Of a stretch of 64,000 nt of DNA, positions 31,455 to 41,750 are shown piece after piece (the stretch's first letter is position 1; each line of letters starts with the position of its first letter). Position numbers and translations under genes: made by a program. The notes beneath the pieces are model-generated. The model saw nothing but the letters and a program-made list of their open reading frames with translations. It was not told the DNA's origin and ran no database searches. The stretch spans positions 64,001 through 128,000 of the forward strand of contig CAXXUA010000015.1 in assembly GCA_963663765.2 (NCBI GenBank), in the 5' to 3' direction. Origin of the DNA: Candidatus Poribacteria bacterium. GTDB taxonomy: Bacteria > Poribacteria > WGA-4E > WGA-3G.

Positions 31455-31976
31455 ATGGTAAAAACATGGATCATATTTGTTGTATTAACTGTTTCTGCAT
31501 GGGGACTATACGGTGTTTTGCTTCATAAAGGGATAAATGCTATGACAGATACTACAGTGGATGCTGATGAGGATGCAGCCCCAAGACGTTATAAATCGTT
31601 TCTATTTGTTGGTATTGCGTATCTTTTGGTAGCAGTAATCGGTTCCGCGGTGATGCTTTACTTCACAGGAGCTGAATGGACGTTTACTGGACAAGGAGTA
31701 AAATGGTCATTCCTTGCTGGGGTTGTTGGAGCAGTCGGTGCGTTTGGTGTATTACTTGCGTTTGGTGCTAATGGCAAACCTGCTGTTGTCATGTCTATCG
31801 TTTTCGCTGGTGCTCCGATTGTGAATGCTGTCGTTGCGATCCTGTCGCATCCACCCAAAGGTGGTTGGGGTGCGGTTCGTTGGCAATTTGTTTTAGGTAT
31901 ATTGCTTGCAGCAACCGGTGGATGTTTAGTAACATTTTTCAGACCTGGAGCAAACCCTCCTGGTACATCGCCATAG
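31455..31976 (+). CDS. DMT/EamA-like small membrane protein
   Basis: GGAGG RBS; about five TM helices; WGLYG, VMSIVFAGAPIVN. Confidence 0.72.
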   Translation: MVKTWIIFVVLTVSAWGLYGVLLHKGINAMTDTTVDADEDAAPRRYKSFLFVGIAYLLVAVIGSAVMLYFTGAEWTFTGQGVKWSFLAGVVGAVGAFGVLLAFGANGKPAVVMSIVFAGAPIVNAVVAILSHPPKGGWGAVRWQFVLGILLAATGGCLVTFFRPGANPPGTSP

Positions 31977-32079
31977 AAAGGTCTCATCTCAGGTATTTAA
32001 GACTATAGGATTTGATTAATTACTTGACAACCTAATTTTTCTGTCAGCACAAAATACATCCAACAATGAGTTCAACATA

Positions 32080-32235
32080 ATACCAATTCCATGTGATAAT
32101 GTCTCATTAACAGCGGAAATCTGGTAGGAGGGACCTCCCGGTCGCGACCGGGAGGTCCCTCCTACCGAAGAGAGTAACCCCCTGCCAGTAAACAGTAGAA
32201 TTCCTTAATGAGACAAGACTTATTTGAATTGGTAT
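32080..32235. mobile_element. MITE family D with intact REP doublet
   Basis: ATACCAATTC...GAATTGGTAT; perfect palindrome ggtaggagggacctcccggtcgcgaccgggaggtccctcctacc. Confidence 0.8.
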
Positions 32236-32293
32236 AATACTATCCTTTTCTCATAATTTAGTATCTAATAGTTAGGAAAAGGAGAACTTATTC

Positions 32294-32878
32294 ATGAGTG
32301 CAGTTGAGTTGAAAGATGCAGACGATGCCAAACTAATAATTGCAGTGTTGGCGGGTAATCTCAAAGCATTTGATGAATTAGTCTTTCGTTATCAGCGCGC
32401 CATGCTAACTGTCGCACAACAGATCGTGCGTAATCCAACAGATGCAGAAGACATTGTACAAGATGCTTTTCTTTTGGCATTTGAAGCACTACCCCAACTT
32501 GATAATCTGGAACGGTTCGGTTCCTGGCTCTATTCAATTACGCGAAACCGCGCACTGCGTTTTATGAAAAGAGCAAATAGAATTCAGTTACATGAAGATG
32601 TAGATGCAGAGTTACAGATACAAGCTAACCCAAAAACTTCTGACCCAGCACAAATAGTAGAACGACAATCCACCCAGCAAATTGTGCAAGATGCAATAAC
32701 TTCGTTACCATCTGAATTCCAAGAAGTTATCAAACTCTATTATTGGGTAGAAATGCCACAGAAACGTATCGCAGAATTCTTATCGCTACCCCTAACCACA
32801 GTAAAATGGCGACTTCACAAAGCAAAAGATTTGCTAAAATTGATATTAGAAAAACGCGGGTATGAAAATGTGTTATAG
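32294..32878 (+). CDS. ECF RNA polymerase sigma factor
   Basis: DAEDIVQDAF, FGSWLYSITRN, region 4 IAEFLSLPLTTVKWRLHKAK. Confidence 0.93.
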   Translation: MSAVELKDADDAKLIIAVLAGNLKAFDELVFRYQRAMLTVAQQIVRNPTDAEDIVQDAFLLAFEALPQLDNLERFGSWLYSITRNRALRFMKRANRIQLHEDVDAELQIQANPKTSDPAQIVERQSTQQIVQDAITSLPSEFQEVIKLYYWVEMPQKRIAEFLSLPLTTVKWRLHKAKDLLKLILEKRGYENVL

Positions 32879-32942
32879 AACGGGTAGTTCGTTGCTTGAG
32901 AATTAGGATATATTGAACATTCAACATATAGAGGAATCACAC

Positions 32943-34325
32943 ATGGAACAGGAACGACAACAAGAACTTCGTGGGCTTTTTCAGATGCTTCAGGAAACCG
33001 CTGAAATTGCTGAGGACGCACTACTAACAGAGACCTATAACAATAGCGAAAGCAGATGTATTTCACAATTCAATAAGGTATTGAAACGTCTGATTGAGTT
33101 AGACGCTGTACCAAAAGACCTCTTTGATCCATTAGAAGAGGATTCCAAATTTAACGAAATCAGTATTGCATGTACTCATCTTGCTGCATATCTCAGTGAG
33201 GGGTTAGGAATATCATCCAATTTGAAGGAGATGATGACAAACTTTCTTGGGAAAAAATTCATTGACAACATCAGTGAAGAGTTGAAAGAGGGAAGTATTG
33301 GCGAGTTAATTCGGAATGCAATGCCTGAGTTCTTGACAGAAACAAAATTGGACGACATCAATGAATCGTTTAATGTGAGTCCTGATGGCAAGTTGATACT
33401 TGATACAGATTTCGGTACAATTGACGTTCAGACATCAGATAACGATGTTGTCAAAGTTGTTGTTCATCGGTCTGCACAACTTAAGACTGATAGACCCGCA
33501 GTTCAGATTCTCAAAGATTTTCACGTAGACTTCAATCAACAAAGCAATGACATAAATATTAATGCTAAGTTTAAAGAAGGGAAAAGTTATTGGAAAAAGA
33601 CAACCGACCGTTTAGATATACACTTTGAAATTACAGTTCCCAAGGCATTTCAAGGTGTCTTCTTGAAAACTGCTGGTGGAGACATTTCTGTTAAGGACAT
33701 AACCGGAACGATTCAAAGTCATACTAATACAGGGGATCTTCAGTTTGAAAATACTACAGGACATCTCATTGGACATACTGGGAATGGTAATGTCCGTCTG
33801 ACTAAGTGTTTCGGAGAGACACATGTTGAATCATTACGCGGTAATATTGACATAAAAGAAAATAAAGGTGTTGTTAATGTGACTACATCAAGTGGAAACG
33901 TAAAGTGTTCTGATGTCGTTGGCACAATCAATGTAGAGACATCAGGTGGAAGTATTAAACTCGTTAGATGTAAAGGAGAAGCACATGTTGAGACTTTAGG
34001 TGGTAATATAAACCTTCAAAACGAGGGGACAGTTACAGCAAAAACTTTTGGCGGCTCAATCAAAGCAGATATATTAGGACAACTCAAAGAAGATTCAAGA
34101 TTAGAATCATCTGGAGGAGATATCACTGTGTCACTTATGTCGGACATACAAGCAAGAGTTGATGCTAAGTGTAGCGGTGGCAAGGTTTTTTCAGATCTGC
34201 CAAAAGTAAAGGTTGACCAATCTTCTCCTCAAAATAACCAAATGTATGTGATCCTAAATGCTGACGGACCTCTCCTAAAACTCCGAAGTATCGGTGGAGA
34301 TATACATTTAAAATGTCGAAACTGA
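32943..34325 (+). CDS. DUF4097 beta-strand repeat protein with helical N-terminal domain
   Basis: GAGGA RBS; repeated T..G.I motifs (KTAGGDI, ETSGGSI, ESSGGDI); no signal peptide. Confidence 0.82.
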   Translation: MEQERQQELRGLFQMLQETAEIAEDALLTETYNNSESRCISQFNKVLKRLIELDAVPKDLFDPLEEDSKFNEISIACTHLAAYLSEGLGISSNLKEMMTNFLGKKFIDNISEELKEGSIGELIRNAMPEFLTETKLDDINESFNVSPDGKLILDTDFGTIDVQTSDNDVVKVVVHRSAQLKTDRPAVQILKDFHVDFNQQSNDININAKFKEGKSYWKKTTDRLDIHFEITVPKAFQGVFLKTAGGDISVKDITGTIQSHTNTGDLQFENTTGHLIGHTGNGNVRLTKCFGETHVESLRGNIDIKENKGVVNVTTSSGNVKCSDVVGTINVETSGGSIKLVRCKGEAHVETLGGNINLQNEGTVTAKTFGGSIKADILGQLKEDSRLESSGGDITVSLMSDIQARVDAKCSGGKVFSDLPKVKVDQSSPQNNQMYVILNADGPLLKLRSIGGDIHLKCRN

Positions 34326-34475
34326 TATAAATCACCTTTCATATTTTTCTTGCTTAATATATTGTTACTTTGTTATAATGATTGTCAAATATGGATTCGT
34401 CTGATCGTTCAAGATATTAGATATTGAACGTTGGTAGAGATAAAATGCGTAACAGAATCAAAAGGAGTTACAGTG

Positions 34476-35798
34476 ATGAAACGTCTGTCAATATGTTTTT
34501 TGCTATTAGCCCTTGTAGTTATTTTGGGTTGTGGAAATCAACCTAAATCCCTAACAATTGTATGGGCAGAATGGGAACCTGCAAACTACTTAGAAACACT
34601 ATCTAAAGATTTTACTACAGAAACAGGAATCGCAGTAGAAGTGGTACAAATACCGTGGCCTCAATTTGAAAACAAAATTGACAATTCCTTTACAGGGAAA
34701 AGCGATCTTTACGATATCGTAATTGGAGATAGTCAATGGTTGGGTAAGAACTCTGTTGGAGGACACTATGTTGACTTGACCGAATGGATAAATGAGAATA
34801 TTGATGTTGATGCTATCTATGGTCCTGCAATGACGGCTTTTGCAGAATACCCGAAAGGGAGTAGTAACTACTGGGCATTACCAGCAGAAGTGGATGCGGC
34901 AGGATATGTCTATAGAAAGGATCTATTTGAAGACGAGAATGAAATGGCAGCATTCCAAGAGAAATATGGCTATGCGCTTGCTCCACCGAAGACTTATGAC
35001 CAACTACGTGATATAGCAGAATTTTTTACACGTCCAGATGATGACCTTTACGGTCTTGCTACTTGGTACAGTAAAAGTTACGATGGCATTACCATGGGAT
35101 TTCAACAGGTCATGTGGAGTTACGGTGCATCGTATGGAGATCCTGACACGAAAAAAGTTGATGGGTATATAAATTCTGAAGATGCTGTGAAAGCACTTGA
35201 ATTTTACAAAAGTTTGCTGGAATTTGCTCCAAAAGACGCACCGAACTACTATTGGCCTGAAACAGCAGCCGCCTATAATGCAGGAAAAGTTGCTATGGCA
35301 ATGAACTATTTTGCCTTTTTCCCAGGAGTTGTTAACCCTGAAACTAATCCCATCTCTCATGACAAAAGCGGTTTTTTTATCGCTCCTGAAGGACCAAAAG
35401 GACATTATATTAGTATCGGTGGACAAGGAATGTCAGTATCATCTTATTCCAAAAAAATGGATACTGCAAAGCAATATATGAAGTGGTTTATGCAAAAGTC
35501 AGTACAAGAAAAATGGGCAGAATTAGGCGGTTTCACTCCCCTGAAAGAAGTACTGGAATCTGATACATTCAAAAAAGCTACACCCTATAATGAAACATTT
35601 GCTGCAAGTTTCCCATACCTACGTGATTTCTGGGCAGTTCCTGAATACTCTAAACTTTTAACGGTTTGTCAAACGAACTGGAGTGAAGCGATCTCTGGCA
35701 TCAAGACTCCACAAGAAGCTCTTGACACGATAGCACAGAAACATGAAGAGATCTTTGCTGAGGCAGAAAAGAAAAAAGCAGAAGCAGCAGAAAAATAA
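34476..35798 (+). CDS. Sugar ABC transporter substrate-binding lipoprotein
   Basis: AAGGAG RBS, ILGC lipobox, YVYRKDLF, GKVAM. Confidence 0.92.
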   Translation: MKRLSICFLLLALVVILGCGNQPKSLTIVWAEWEPANYLETLSKDFTTETGIAVEVVQIPWPQFENKIDNSFTGKSDLYDIVIGDSQWLGKNSVGGHYVDLTEWINENIDVDAIYGPAMTAFAEYPKGSSNYWALPAEVDAAGYVYRKDLFEDENEMAAFQEKYGYALAPPKTYDQLRDIAEFFTRPDDDLYGLATWYSKSYDGITMGFQQVMWSYGASYGDPDTKKVDGYINSEDAVKALEFYKSLLEFAPKDAPNYYWPETAAAYNAGKVAMAMNYFAFFPGVVNPETNPISHDKSGFFIAPEGPKGHYISIGGQGMSVSSYSKKMDTAKQYMKWFMQKSVQEKWAELGGFTPLKEVLESDTFKKATPYNETFAASFPYLRDFWAVPEYSKLLTVCQTNWSEAISGIKTPQEALDTIAQKHEEIFAEAEKKKAEAAEK

Positions 35799-35953
35799 GG
35801 TGGTACTTACATACACTTATTATTGAGTTTTTCAATTCCAATATGTTGAGGGTTGGGTACAGTATTATAAACCCAACCCATTTACATTTACACCTTTTTT
35901 CAAATTCAAGTTGGAAATTACCTTCTGATTCTTATGATTTTTCACAATAGAAA

Positions 35954-36856
35954 ATGCAAATAGTTCGTTTTTCGCGCGGGATGAGCGATTATAAGTTGAA
36001 AATGGCATTTATCATGCCAACGATGGTGTTGCTCATCTTAATGAACATCTTTCCCCTTTTATGGTCGCTTTTTCTGAGTTTTCATGATTACCAAGCTTCC
36101 ATGCCACAGGCACCTAAATATATTGGTTTAGAGAATTATATTGATGTCCTCACAGACCCTGATATCTGGGGGTATTTCCGCACTACAGCATATTTTGTTC
36201 TCTTAGCGGTAACTGTGCAATTCCTAATTGGATTTGGATTAGCACTCCTGTTAAATCGTAACTTTCCTGCAAAAGGTCTGGTCACAACACTCCTACTACT
36301 ACCGATGATGTTATCTCCAGTCGTTGTCGGCCTGTTTTGGCAGTTCATTTTGGCATCAGATAACGCAGGATTACTAAACTTTCTTCTTAGTCCAATCCTA
36401 AAACAACCAATTGAGTGGACGACCAAACCAAGTATCGCAATGTTAGCTGTTGTCATTGTTGATACATGGATGTGGTCACCTTTTATGATGTTGATTGCGT
36501 TAGCAGGACTGAGTGCAATTCCGAAATACCTATATGAAGCAGCAGATGTAGATAGAGCCTCAACATGGTTCAAATTCCGTTCGATTACGTTACCATTAGT
36601 ATCACCTTTGCTATTGATCGCTTTGTTATTCCGCACAATGGATGCATTTAAGATGTTTGATATTGTGTATGTCCTTACTAATGAAGGGGGACCAGGAACT
36701 GTTACTGAAACTGTGTCAATGAATCTTTATAGAATCGCATTTCGTTATTTTGATACCGGTAAAGCATGTGCTATGGCATATATTCTGCTGATAATAATCG
36801 TAGCATTGAGCAATATCTATGTAAAATATCTCAATAGAGTGAAGAGTGAGGTATAG
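35954..36856 (+). CDS. Sugar ABC transporter permease (MalF-type)
   Basis: YIGLENY, LYEAADVD EAA loop, GGPG. Confidence 0.93.
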   Translation: MQIVRFSRGMSDYKLKMAFIMPTMVLLILMNIFPLLWSLFLSFHDYQASMPQAPKYIGLENYIDVLTDPDIWGYFRTTAYFVLLAVTVQFLIGFGLALLLNRNFPAKGLVTTLLLLPMMLSPVVVGLFWQFILASDNAGLLNFLLSPILKQPIEWTTKPSIAMLAVVIVDTWMWSPFMMLIALAGLSAIPKYLYEAADVDRASTWFKFRSITLPLVSPLLLIALLFRTMDAFKMFDIVYVLTNEGGPGTVTETVSMNLYRIAFRYFDTGKACAMAYILLIIIVALSNIYVKYLNRVKSEV

Positions 36857-36862
36857 TTCATT

Positions 36863-38182
36863 ATGGCAATCGTTTCAAGACTTAAACAACTCATTATATA
36901 CATTATATCAGTTATTCTGCGACCTATAATGTGGCTTTACCATAGACGTAGGATCATCATTTACTACTCAATGATGGCTTTAATTGCCATTGCGATAATC
37001 TTTGCTGTTGTCACCTACCTACTACCAATATATTGGATCGTGGTAACATCGGTGAAAACACTACCAGATATTAACACTATCGTCCCCAAATTTCTGTTTA
37101 AAATCTCTTTTGAAAACTATCAGAAACTATTGCCTGAAGGGAATTTGCCTATTGTAGCTTATCTGTATATAGGAGTAATAATATTTGGTCTCATCTTATT
37201 TGCTATTTGTTCTTTTGCAGCAAAGATTTTACCACGACGTTTTTTACTTCGCAACATCGGTACCGTCTGGAACGTTCTATTTATTTTGATCTGTCTCTAC
37301 GGCTTTTTTAGTACGCAGCCCAACCCACGATTAAGAGTAGATGTCCGTTTTCATTATTTTACACTCATCATCTGTTGTATTGTTTCATATTTGTTAGTTA
37401 TCCCTTGGAAGAAATCCTATTCTAATCTTCATAATGTCATAGAGGGTACAATTCAGGATAACAAGGAGAAATTTGCATTTGCGATCCCTGTCATCTTTGC
37501 AGCAATCGGTATATGTGTTTCTTTAGCAAACGGAGGTTCAAAGTATTTTTATCAGCTACTGAACAGCATAATTATTGGTGGTGGTAGTACAGTTCTCGCT
37601 GTATGTTTAGGTACAATTTCTGCTTATGCATTTTCGCGTTTCAATATAGTTGGCAAGGACGATCTTCTTTTTTTTATTCTCAGCACACGAATGCTGCCTC
37701 CAGTCGTAGTAGTCATTCCAATCTATCTGATGTATAGAACACTTCAATTACAGGATACACATTTCGGTCTGATACTACTTTATACGACATTCAATGTTTC
37801 ATTTGCGGTTTGGCTTATGAAAGGGTTTATTGATGAAATACCGAGAGAATATGAGGATGCTGCCCTCGTTGATGGATATACACGATTTCAGACTTTTATA
37901 AAAGTTGTTCTTCCTCAATCAGTAACAGGAATCGCAGCAACCGCAGTCTTCTGCTTAATTACAGCCTGGAATGAGTTTGCATTTGCTCTTGTTCTAACAG
38001 AGGTTGGTGGTATAGCAGTAACAACACCACCCTCTATAACAAGTGCGACAGGTACAGCAGGTATAGAATGGGGAAAAATTGCTGCATCAACCTTCATTTT
38101 TCTGCTGCCAGTTGCCATTTTCACTTTTCTAATGCGGAGACACCTACTGCGCGGTGTCACTTTCGGTGCCGTGAAGAAATAA
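36863..38182 (+). CDS. Sugar ABC transporter permease (MalG-type) with extra TM insertion
   Basis: PIYWIVVTSVK...FENY, then a ~140-aa hydrophobic insert, then LNS...AYAFSRF and EYEDAALVDG. Confidence 0.9.
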   Translation: MAIVSRLKQLIIYIISVILRPIMWLYHRRRIIIYYSMMALIAIAIIFAVVTYLLPIYWIVVTSVKTLPDINTIVPKFLFKISFENYQKLLPEGNLPIVAYLYIGVIIFGLILFAICSFAAKILPRRFLLRNIGTVWNVLFILICLYGFFSTQPNPRLRVDVRFHYFTLIICCIVSYLLVIPWKKSYSNLHNVIEGTIQDNKEKFAFAIPVIFAAIGICVSLANGGSKYFYQLLNSIIIGGGSTVLAVCLGTISAYAFSRFNIVGKDDLLFFILSTRMLPPVVVVIPIYLMYRTLQLQDTHFGLILLYTTFNVSFAVWLMKGFIDEIPREYEDAALVDGYTRFQTFIKVVLPQSVTGIAATAVFCLITAWNEFAFALVLTEVGGIAVTTPPSITSATGTAGIEWGKIAASTFIFLLPVAIFTFLMRRHLLRGVTFGAVKK

Positions 38183-38335
38183 CAATAATTGTCAATTGCA
38201 GTACAATCCCCATTACCATATCAGCTAATACCTTCTTTATCAATTCAAGGAAATAATTGCATAAATTCATACACAATTAATGATAAAATCATGCCATAAG
38301 TGCATCCACAAATGAGTAGATATGGAGGTAATAAG

Positions 38336-39790
38336 ATGGCAAAAAAAAGAAAGACCAAAAGAACAAAAATAGCCTTAGAAGAATGCACACTTCAGATGCA
38401 AGCACACATTCAAAGGATTGGTTTATCTTCTGTTGATGACTATAGAAATTGGTGTACTCGCCATAATTTTAGTCGTGGTCTGGAGAAAAATTATCGTCAA
38501 CGCCAAAAAGAACTTAGTTATGCATCCGCAATGATAGCATCTGATATAATGGCGAATGAGAAGAAAATTCGTAACCTGAAAACGGTGATCCCAAAAATCT
38601 ATAACGGTGAACTAAACAGTGAGAAAGTAAGGAACAACACTGCAATAGAAATCGAACAGGCATTTCAAAGAAGCGAATCCAAGAAAACACTTCTGCAACT
38701 ATTGTTATACATTGAGGATAACTCCGACCTCTTAGAGGAGGCTGTATATGTCAAGGGAATTGAAGCAATAGCAAACTGTTCTGAAAATTGGATTCGACCA
38801 CTGCAGACATGGCGTGCTAAAAGTCATAACCGAACTCGGCAGTTTTCTGAACTCCTTCGCCATCTTTTCGTTTCTTATAATATTCCTTCGTTCATGGATA
38901 ACGTTTGGTTAGCAGAAAACGAAACCCATCATAATTGGTATATTCATATCGGTGCCGGTCAGAACATCAGAACAGCACCAGACATACCCGTAGTTCTCAC
39001 GAAAAAGATGGCACACCATTTTCTCAATGCTCCCAAAAAATATAATGTTGATGAGGCAATACGATGGGGACAAGTACACGCGCTCGAAGGCGATAGGCGC
39101 TTAATGGATGCCTTACGTGGAACACAACTTATTGAAGATTATCCTCACGACGACTTCTGGTTGAGTGTCATCCGTTTCTTCATCGCAAATCCAATGTTAG
39201 ATGTTAATCATGTGCATCCTATAATTGATTTTATTTGGAACCAGAAATTCCAAAACCAGCAGGTTTTTGTCGGTAGAGGTGTAATAGAAGAGATGGATCC
39301 ACCACAACCCAACTTTACTATGAAGGGACGAACACCAGACACATTGCTCCGTCAAGTCAATGATTGGCACCAAGAACTCGGTAGAGAAACACGAGGTGGG
39401 GATCTTCAGTGGTCACGTTCAGATATCAGTGAATTCTATCATCGCGAAGGAAGCAAGGAAAAACGCAACTTAAAATACTGGTATATACGGGAACTTCTTA
39501 GCACAAAAGAACTCGTTGCTGAAGGTAGAGCGTTGAAACACTGTGTCAGTTCTTACGCAAAGTCATGCTATGCCGGAAATATATCTATTTGGACATTAGA
39601 ATCTGAAGAAGATGAAAACGGAAGAAACAAGAATCTAACAATTGAAATCTCACGAACTGCAAACGTAATTCGTCAAGTACGGGGTAAAATGAATAGATTA
39701 CCAACACAGAAAGAAAAATACCTGTTAGAACTTTGGGCAGCAAAGGAAAAACTAAAATTTGCTGGATATCTCCAGTTTGAACAGGGGTAA
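38336..39790 (+). CDS. PcfJ-like domain protein
   Basis: GGAGG RBS; C-terminal RELLSTKELVAEGRALKHCVSSY...QVRGKMNR. Confidence 0.8.
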   Translation: MAKKRKTKRTKIALEECTLQMQAHIQRIGLSSVDDYRNWCTRHNFSRGLEKNYRQRQKELSYASAMIASDIMANEKKIRNLKTVIPKIYNGELNSEKVRNNTAIEIEQAFQRSESKKTLLQLLLYIEDNSDLLEEAVYVKGIEAIANCSENWIRPLQTWRAKSHNRTRQFSELLRHLFVSYNIPSFMDNVWLAENETHHNWYIHIGAGQNIRTAPDIPVVLTKKMAHHFLNAPKKYNVDEAIRWGQVHALEGDRRLMDALRGTQLIEDYPHDDFWLSVIRFFIANPMLDVNHVHPIIDFIWNQKFQNQQVFVGRGVIEEMDPPQPNFTMKGRTPDTLLRQVNDWHQELGRETRGGDLQWSRSDISEFYHREGSKEKRNLKYWYIRELLSTKELVAEGRALKHCVSSYAKSCYAGNISIWTLESEEDENGRNKNLTIEISRTANVIRQVRGKMNRLPTQKEKYLLELWAAKEKLKFAGYLQFEQG

Positions 39791-39889
39791 TACATACATT
39801 TGATATCACTATCTGCTATGTGTTATACTACCAATACTATAGTAAATAAAGTATCTCTATTACTATTGAACCGTAAAGGAGGTTACCCG

Positions 39890-40120
39890 ATGGAAAACCC
39901 AACGACGATTGAAGATATAGTCAAACGATTAGACAAACTTACACCTTGGCAACAGAAACAGATTTTGAATTCTGTTCTGTCCTTTTTAGGAGAACCCATA
40001 AGAGGCACTTCGGGCAAGGAATTACTGAAATTTGTAGGTCTGTTTCCGCCAGAAGACCTTGAACAAATAAAACAAGCGATTGAGGAGGACTGCGGGAAGA
40101 TCTATGAATCAGAATGGTAA
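39890..40120 (+). CDS. Putative VapB-type antitoxin
   Basis: AGGAGG RBS; 76 aa with acidic C-terminus; overlaps the PIN gene. Confidence 0.72.
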   Translation: MENPTTIEDIVKRLDKLTPWQQKQILNSVLSFLGEPIRGTSGKELLKFVGLFPPEDLEQIKQAIEEDCGKIYESEW

Positions 40121-40499
40121 TTTGCTTTTAGATACTAACATCGTGATTGAGATGTTTCGCGGTAACAGGACGATCCGTGAAAAATTGAAAAATAGTTATA
40201 ACGTTTTCTTGGCTTCACCTGTGATTGGCGAACTCTACTATGGTGCGCGGAAATCTGACAGAATTTTAGAGAACCTTCGCAGAATTAACACTTTTGTAGA
40301 TGAACACATTTCTCTTTCTTGTGATTTAGAAACCGCCCAGCGGTACGGTATTATCAAAAACCAACTGCAACGGAAAGGTCGTCTCATTCCAGATAACGAT
40401 ATCTGGATTGCAGCAATTGTGATGCAGCATGGATTAATTTTGGTTACAAGAGATGCACATTTTAATGAAGTTGAAGCTTTACCGATAGAAAATTGGTAG
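40104..40499 (+). CDS. vapC: VapC PIN-domain toxin
   Basis: LLDTNIVI, GELYYG, NDIWIAA, LVTRDAHF. Confidence 0.92.
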   Translation: MNQNGNLLLDTNIVIEMFRGNRTIREKLKNSYNVFLASPVIGELYYGARKSDRILENLRRINTFVDEHISLSCDLETAQRYGIIKNQLQRKGRLIPDNDIWIAAIVMQHGLILVTRDAHFNEVEALPIENW

Positions 40500-40506
40500 A
40501 TACATT

Positions 40507-40596
40507 ATACCAAATTAACGTAATTTATCTTTTTTCAACGGTAGGTGCGGTTTCCTAACCGCACACTTAGCAAGACGACTCACGTTAATTGGGTAT
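40507..40596. mobile_element. Small MITE with REP core
   Basis: ATACCAAATTAACGT...ACGTTAATTGGGTAT enclosing gtaggtgcggtttcctaaccgcac. Confidence 0.7.
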
Positions 40597-40693
40597 TATA
40601 GGGTGCGTCAATTCCTACTACAACCAATAAATCAAAAAAATAGACGAGCTCAAGAAACCCGCCTATTTCATAACAGAAACACAGATTTCAAAA

Positions 40694-41737
40694 TTAATTC
40701 TTCTCTCGATATTCCTGCAATAGTGCTCTAATTTTGTCAAGGAATGCTTGCGAGTAGATATCACCAACCAAGGCATTTTGCGTTTCGACCGCAATAGCAT
40801 CCCAAGTTTCAAGTGCATCTTCATCAAACTCAACGATCTTAATGCCACCTTTTGTTGTCAATGCTTCAATTGCTTTGTCGTTATCTTTCCGGATTTCCAG
40901 AATCATTTTGTCCTGATATTTGTCCCCTACGTCACGTAAAGTCTCTTGCTGTGTAGGTGTAAGTTCATCATACTTTTTCTTAGTGATGACTGTTGCACCA
41001 ACACCAATACTTACCGGCAGGTTGGTCATATATTTAAATTTCTCGTGCCACTGCAACGCGACAGTTACATACGGGGATGCAGTCACTGCATTGAGTTGAC
41101 CTGAATAGAGTGAAGAATTGACTTGTGTAACCTCTCTCGGAACAGTTGCGATGTTTGCTTTCTTGTAAAATGTCTGAGCGATTTTGTCACTTGTTCGCGC
41201 CCACATCTTGACTTTCGGTGATTGCAAGTCAGCAATCGTACTTATTGGATGATTACTGAAGATATAGTAGAAACCAATATCTCCCATACCGATGAGAACA
41301 TAACCTGCATCCAAAAAGGCTTTATCCAAATCTTCGCGGAGAAAGTCACGAACATAGTCAAGTTCTTCGTAGTTTTTAAATAGACGTGGGAGTTGAAAAA
41401 TAAGTACCTCTTTCTGTATTTCGCCGAGTCCATTTGCTGTCATAGCCCCCGCATGAAGCAGCCCAGCACGCATCTTGCGAATAACATCAATTTCGTCTCC
41501 TTGAATACCGTTTGCGTAGAATCTGAATTTGATATTATCACCGGTTTTTGCTTTTAGTTCTTTTGCCATTGCATCGAAATTCTTCATCCAAGTAGAGCCT
41601 TTCGGTGCAAGCGTAGCAAACTTAATAGGATCAACAGCCCAAGTAGATTGCGGTAAACATACCATACTCACAATGACTAATAGCACACTCGCTAAAATTG
41701 CGGTGTGAATTCTATTGCTTGTTTTTTTATCGCTCAT
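40694..41737 (-). CDS. dctP: TRAP substrate-binding protein DctP (TatP-like)
   Basis: Signal peptide, IKFATLAPKGSTW, QGDEIDVIRKMR; adjacent to the T-component gene. Confidence 0.88.
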   Translation of the reverse strand: MSDKKTSNRIHTAILASVLLVIVSMVCLPQSTWAVDPIKFATLAPKGSTWMKNFDAMAKELKAKTGDNIKFRFYANGIQGDEIDVIRKMRAGLLHAGAMTANGLGEIQKEVLIFQLPRLFKNYEELDYVRDFLREDLDKAFLDAGYVLIGMGDIGFYYIFSNHPISTIADLQSPKVKMWARTSDKIAQTFYKKANIATVPREVTQVNSSLYSGQLNAVTASPYVTVALQWHEKFKYMTNLPVSIGVGATVITKKKYDELTPTQQETLRDVGDKYQDKMILEIRKDNDKAIEALTTKGGIKIVEFDEDALETWDAIAVETQNALVGDIYSQAFLDKIRALLQEYREKN

Positions 41738-41750
41738 ATTCAGTGTCTCC

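Noticed and set aside
35850-35879. Riboswitch or terminator after the sugar-binding protein gene
   Set aside because: Simple gggttgggt/acccaaccc hairpin without an immediate U-tract; resembles the REP at ~4400 and is more likely a decayed REP or mRNA stabiliser
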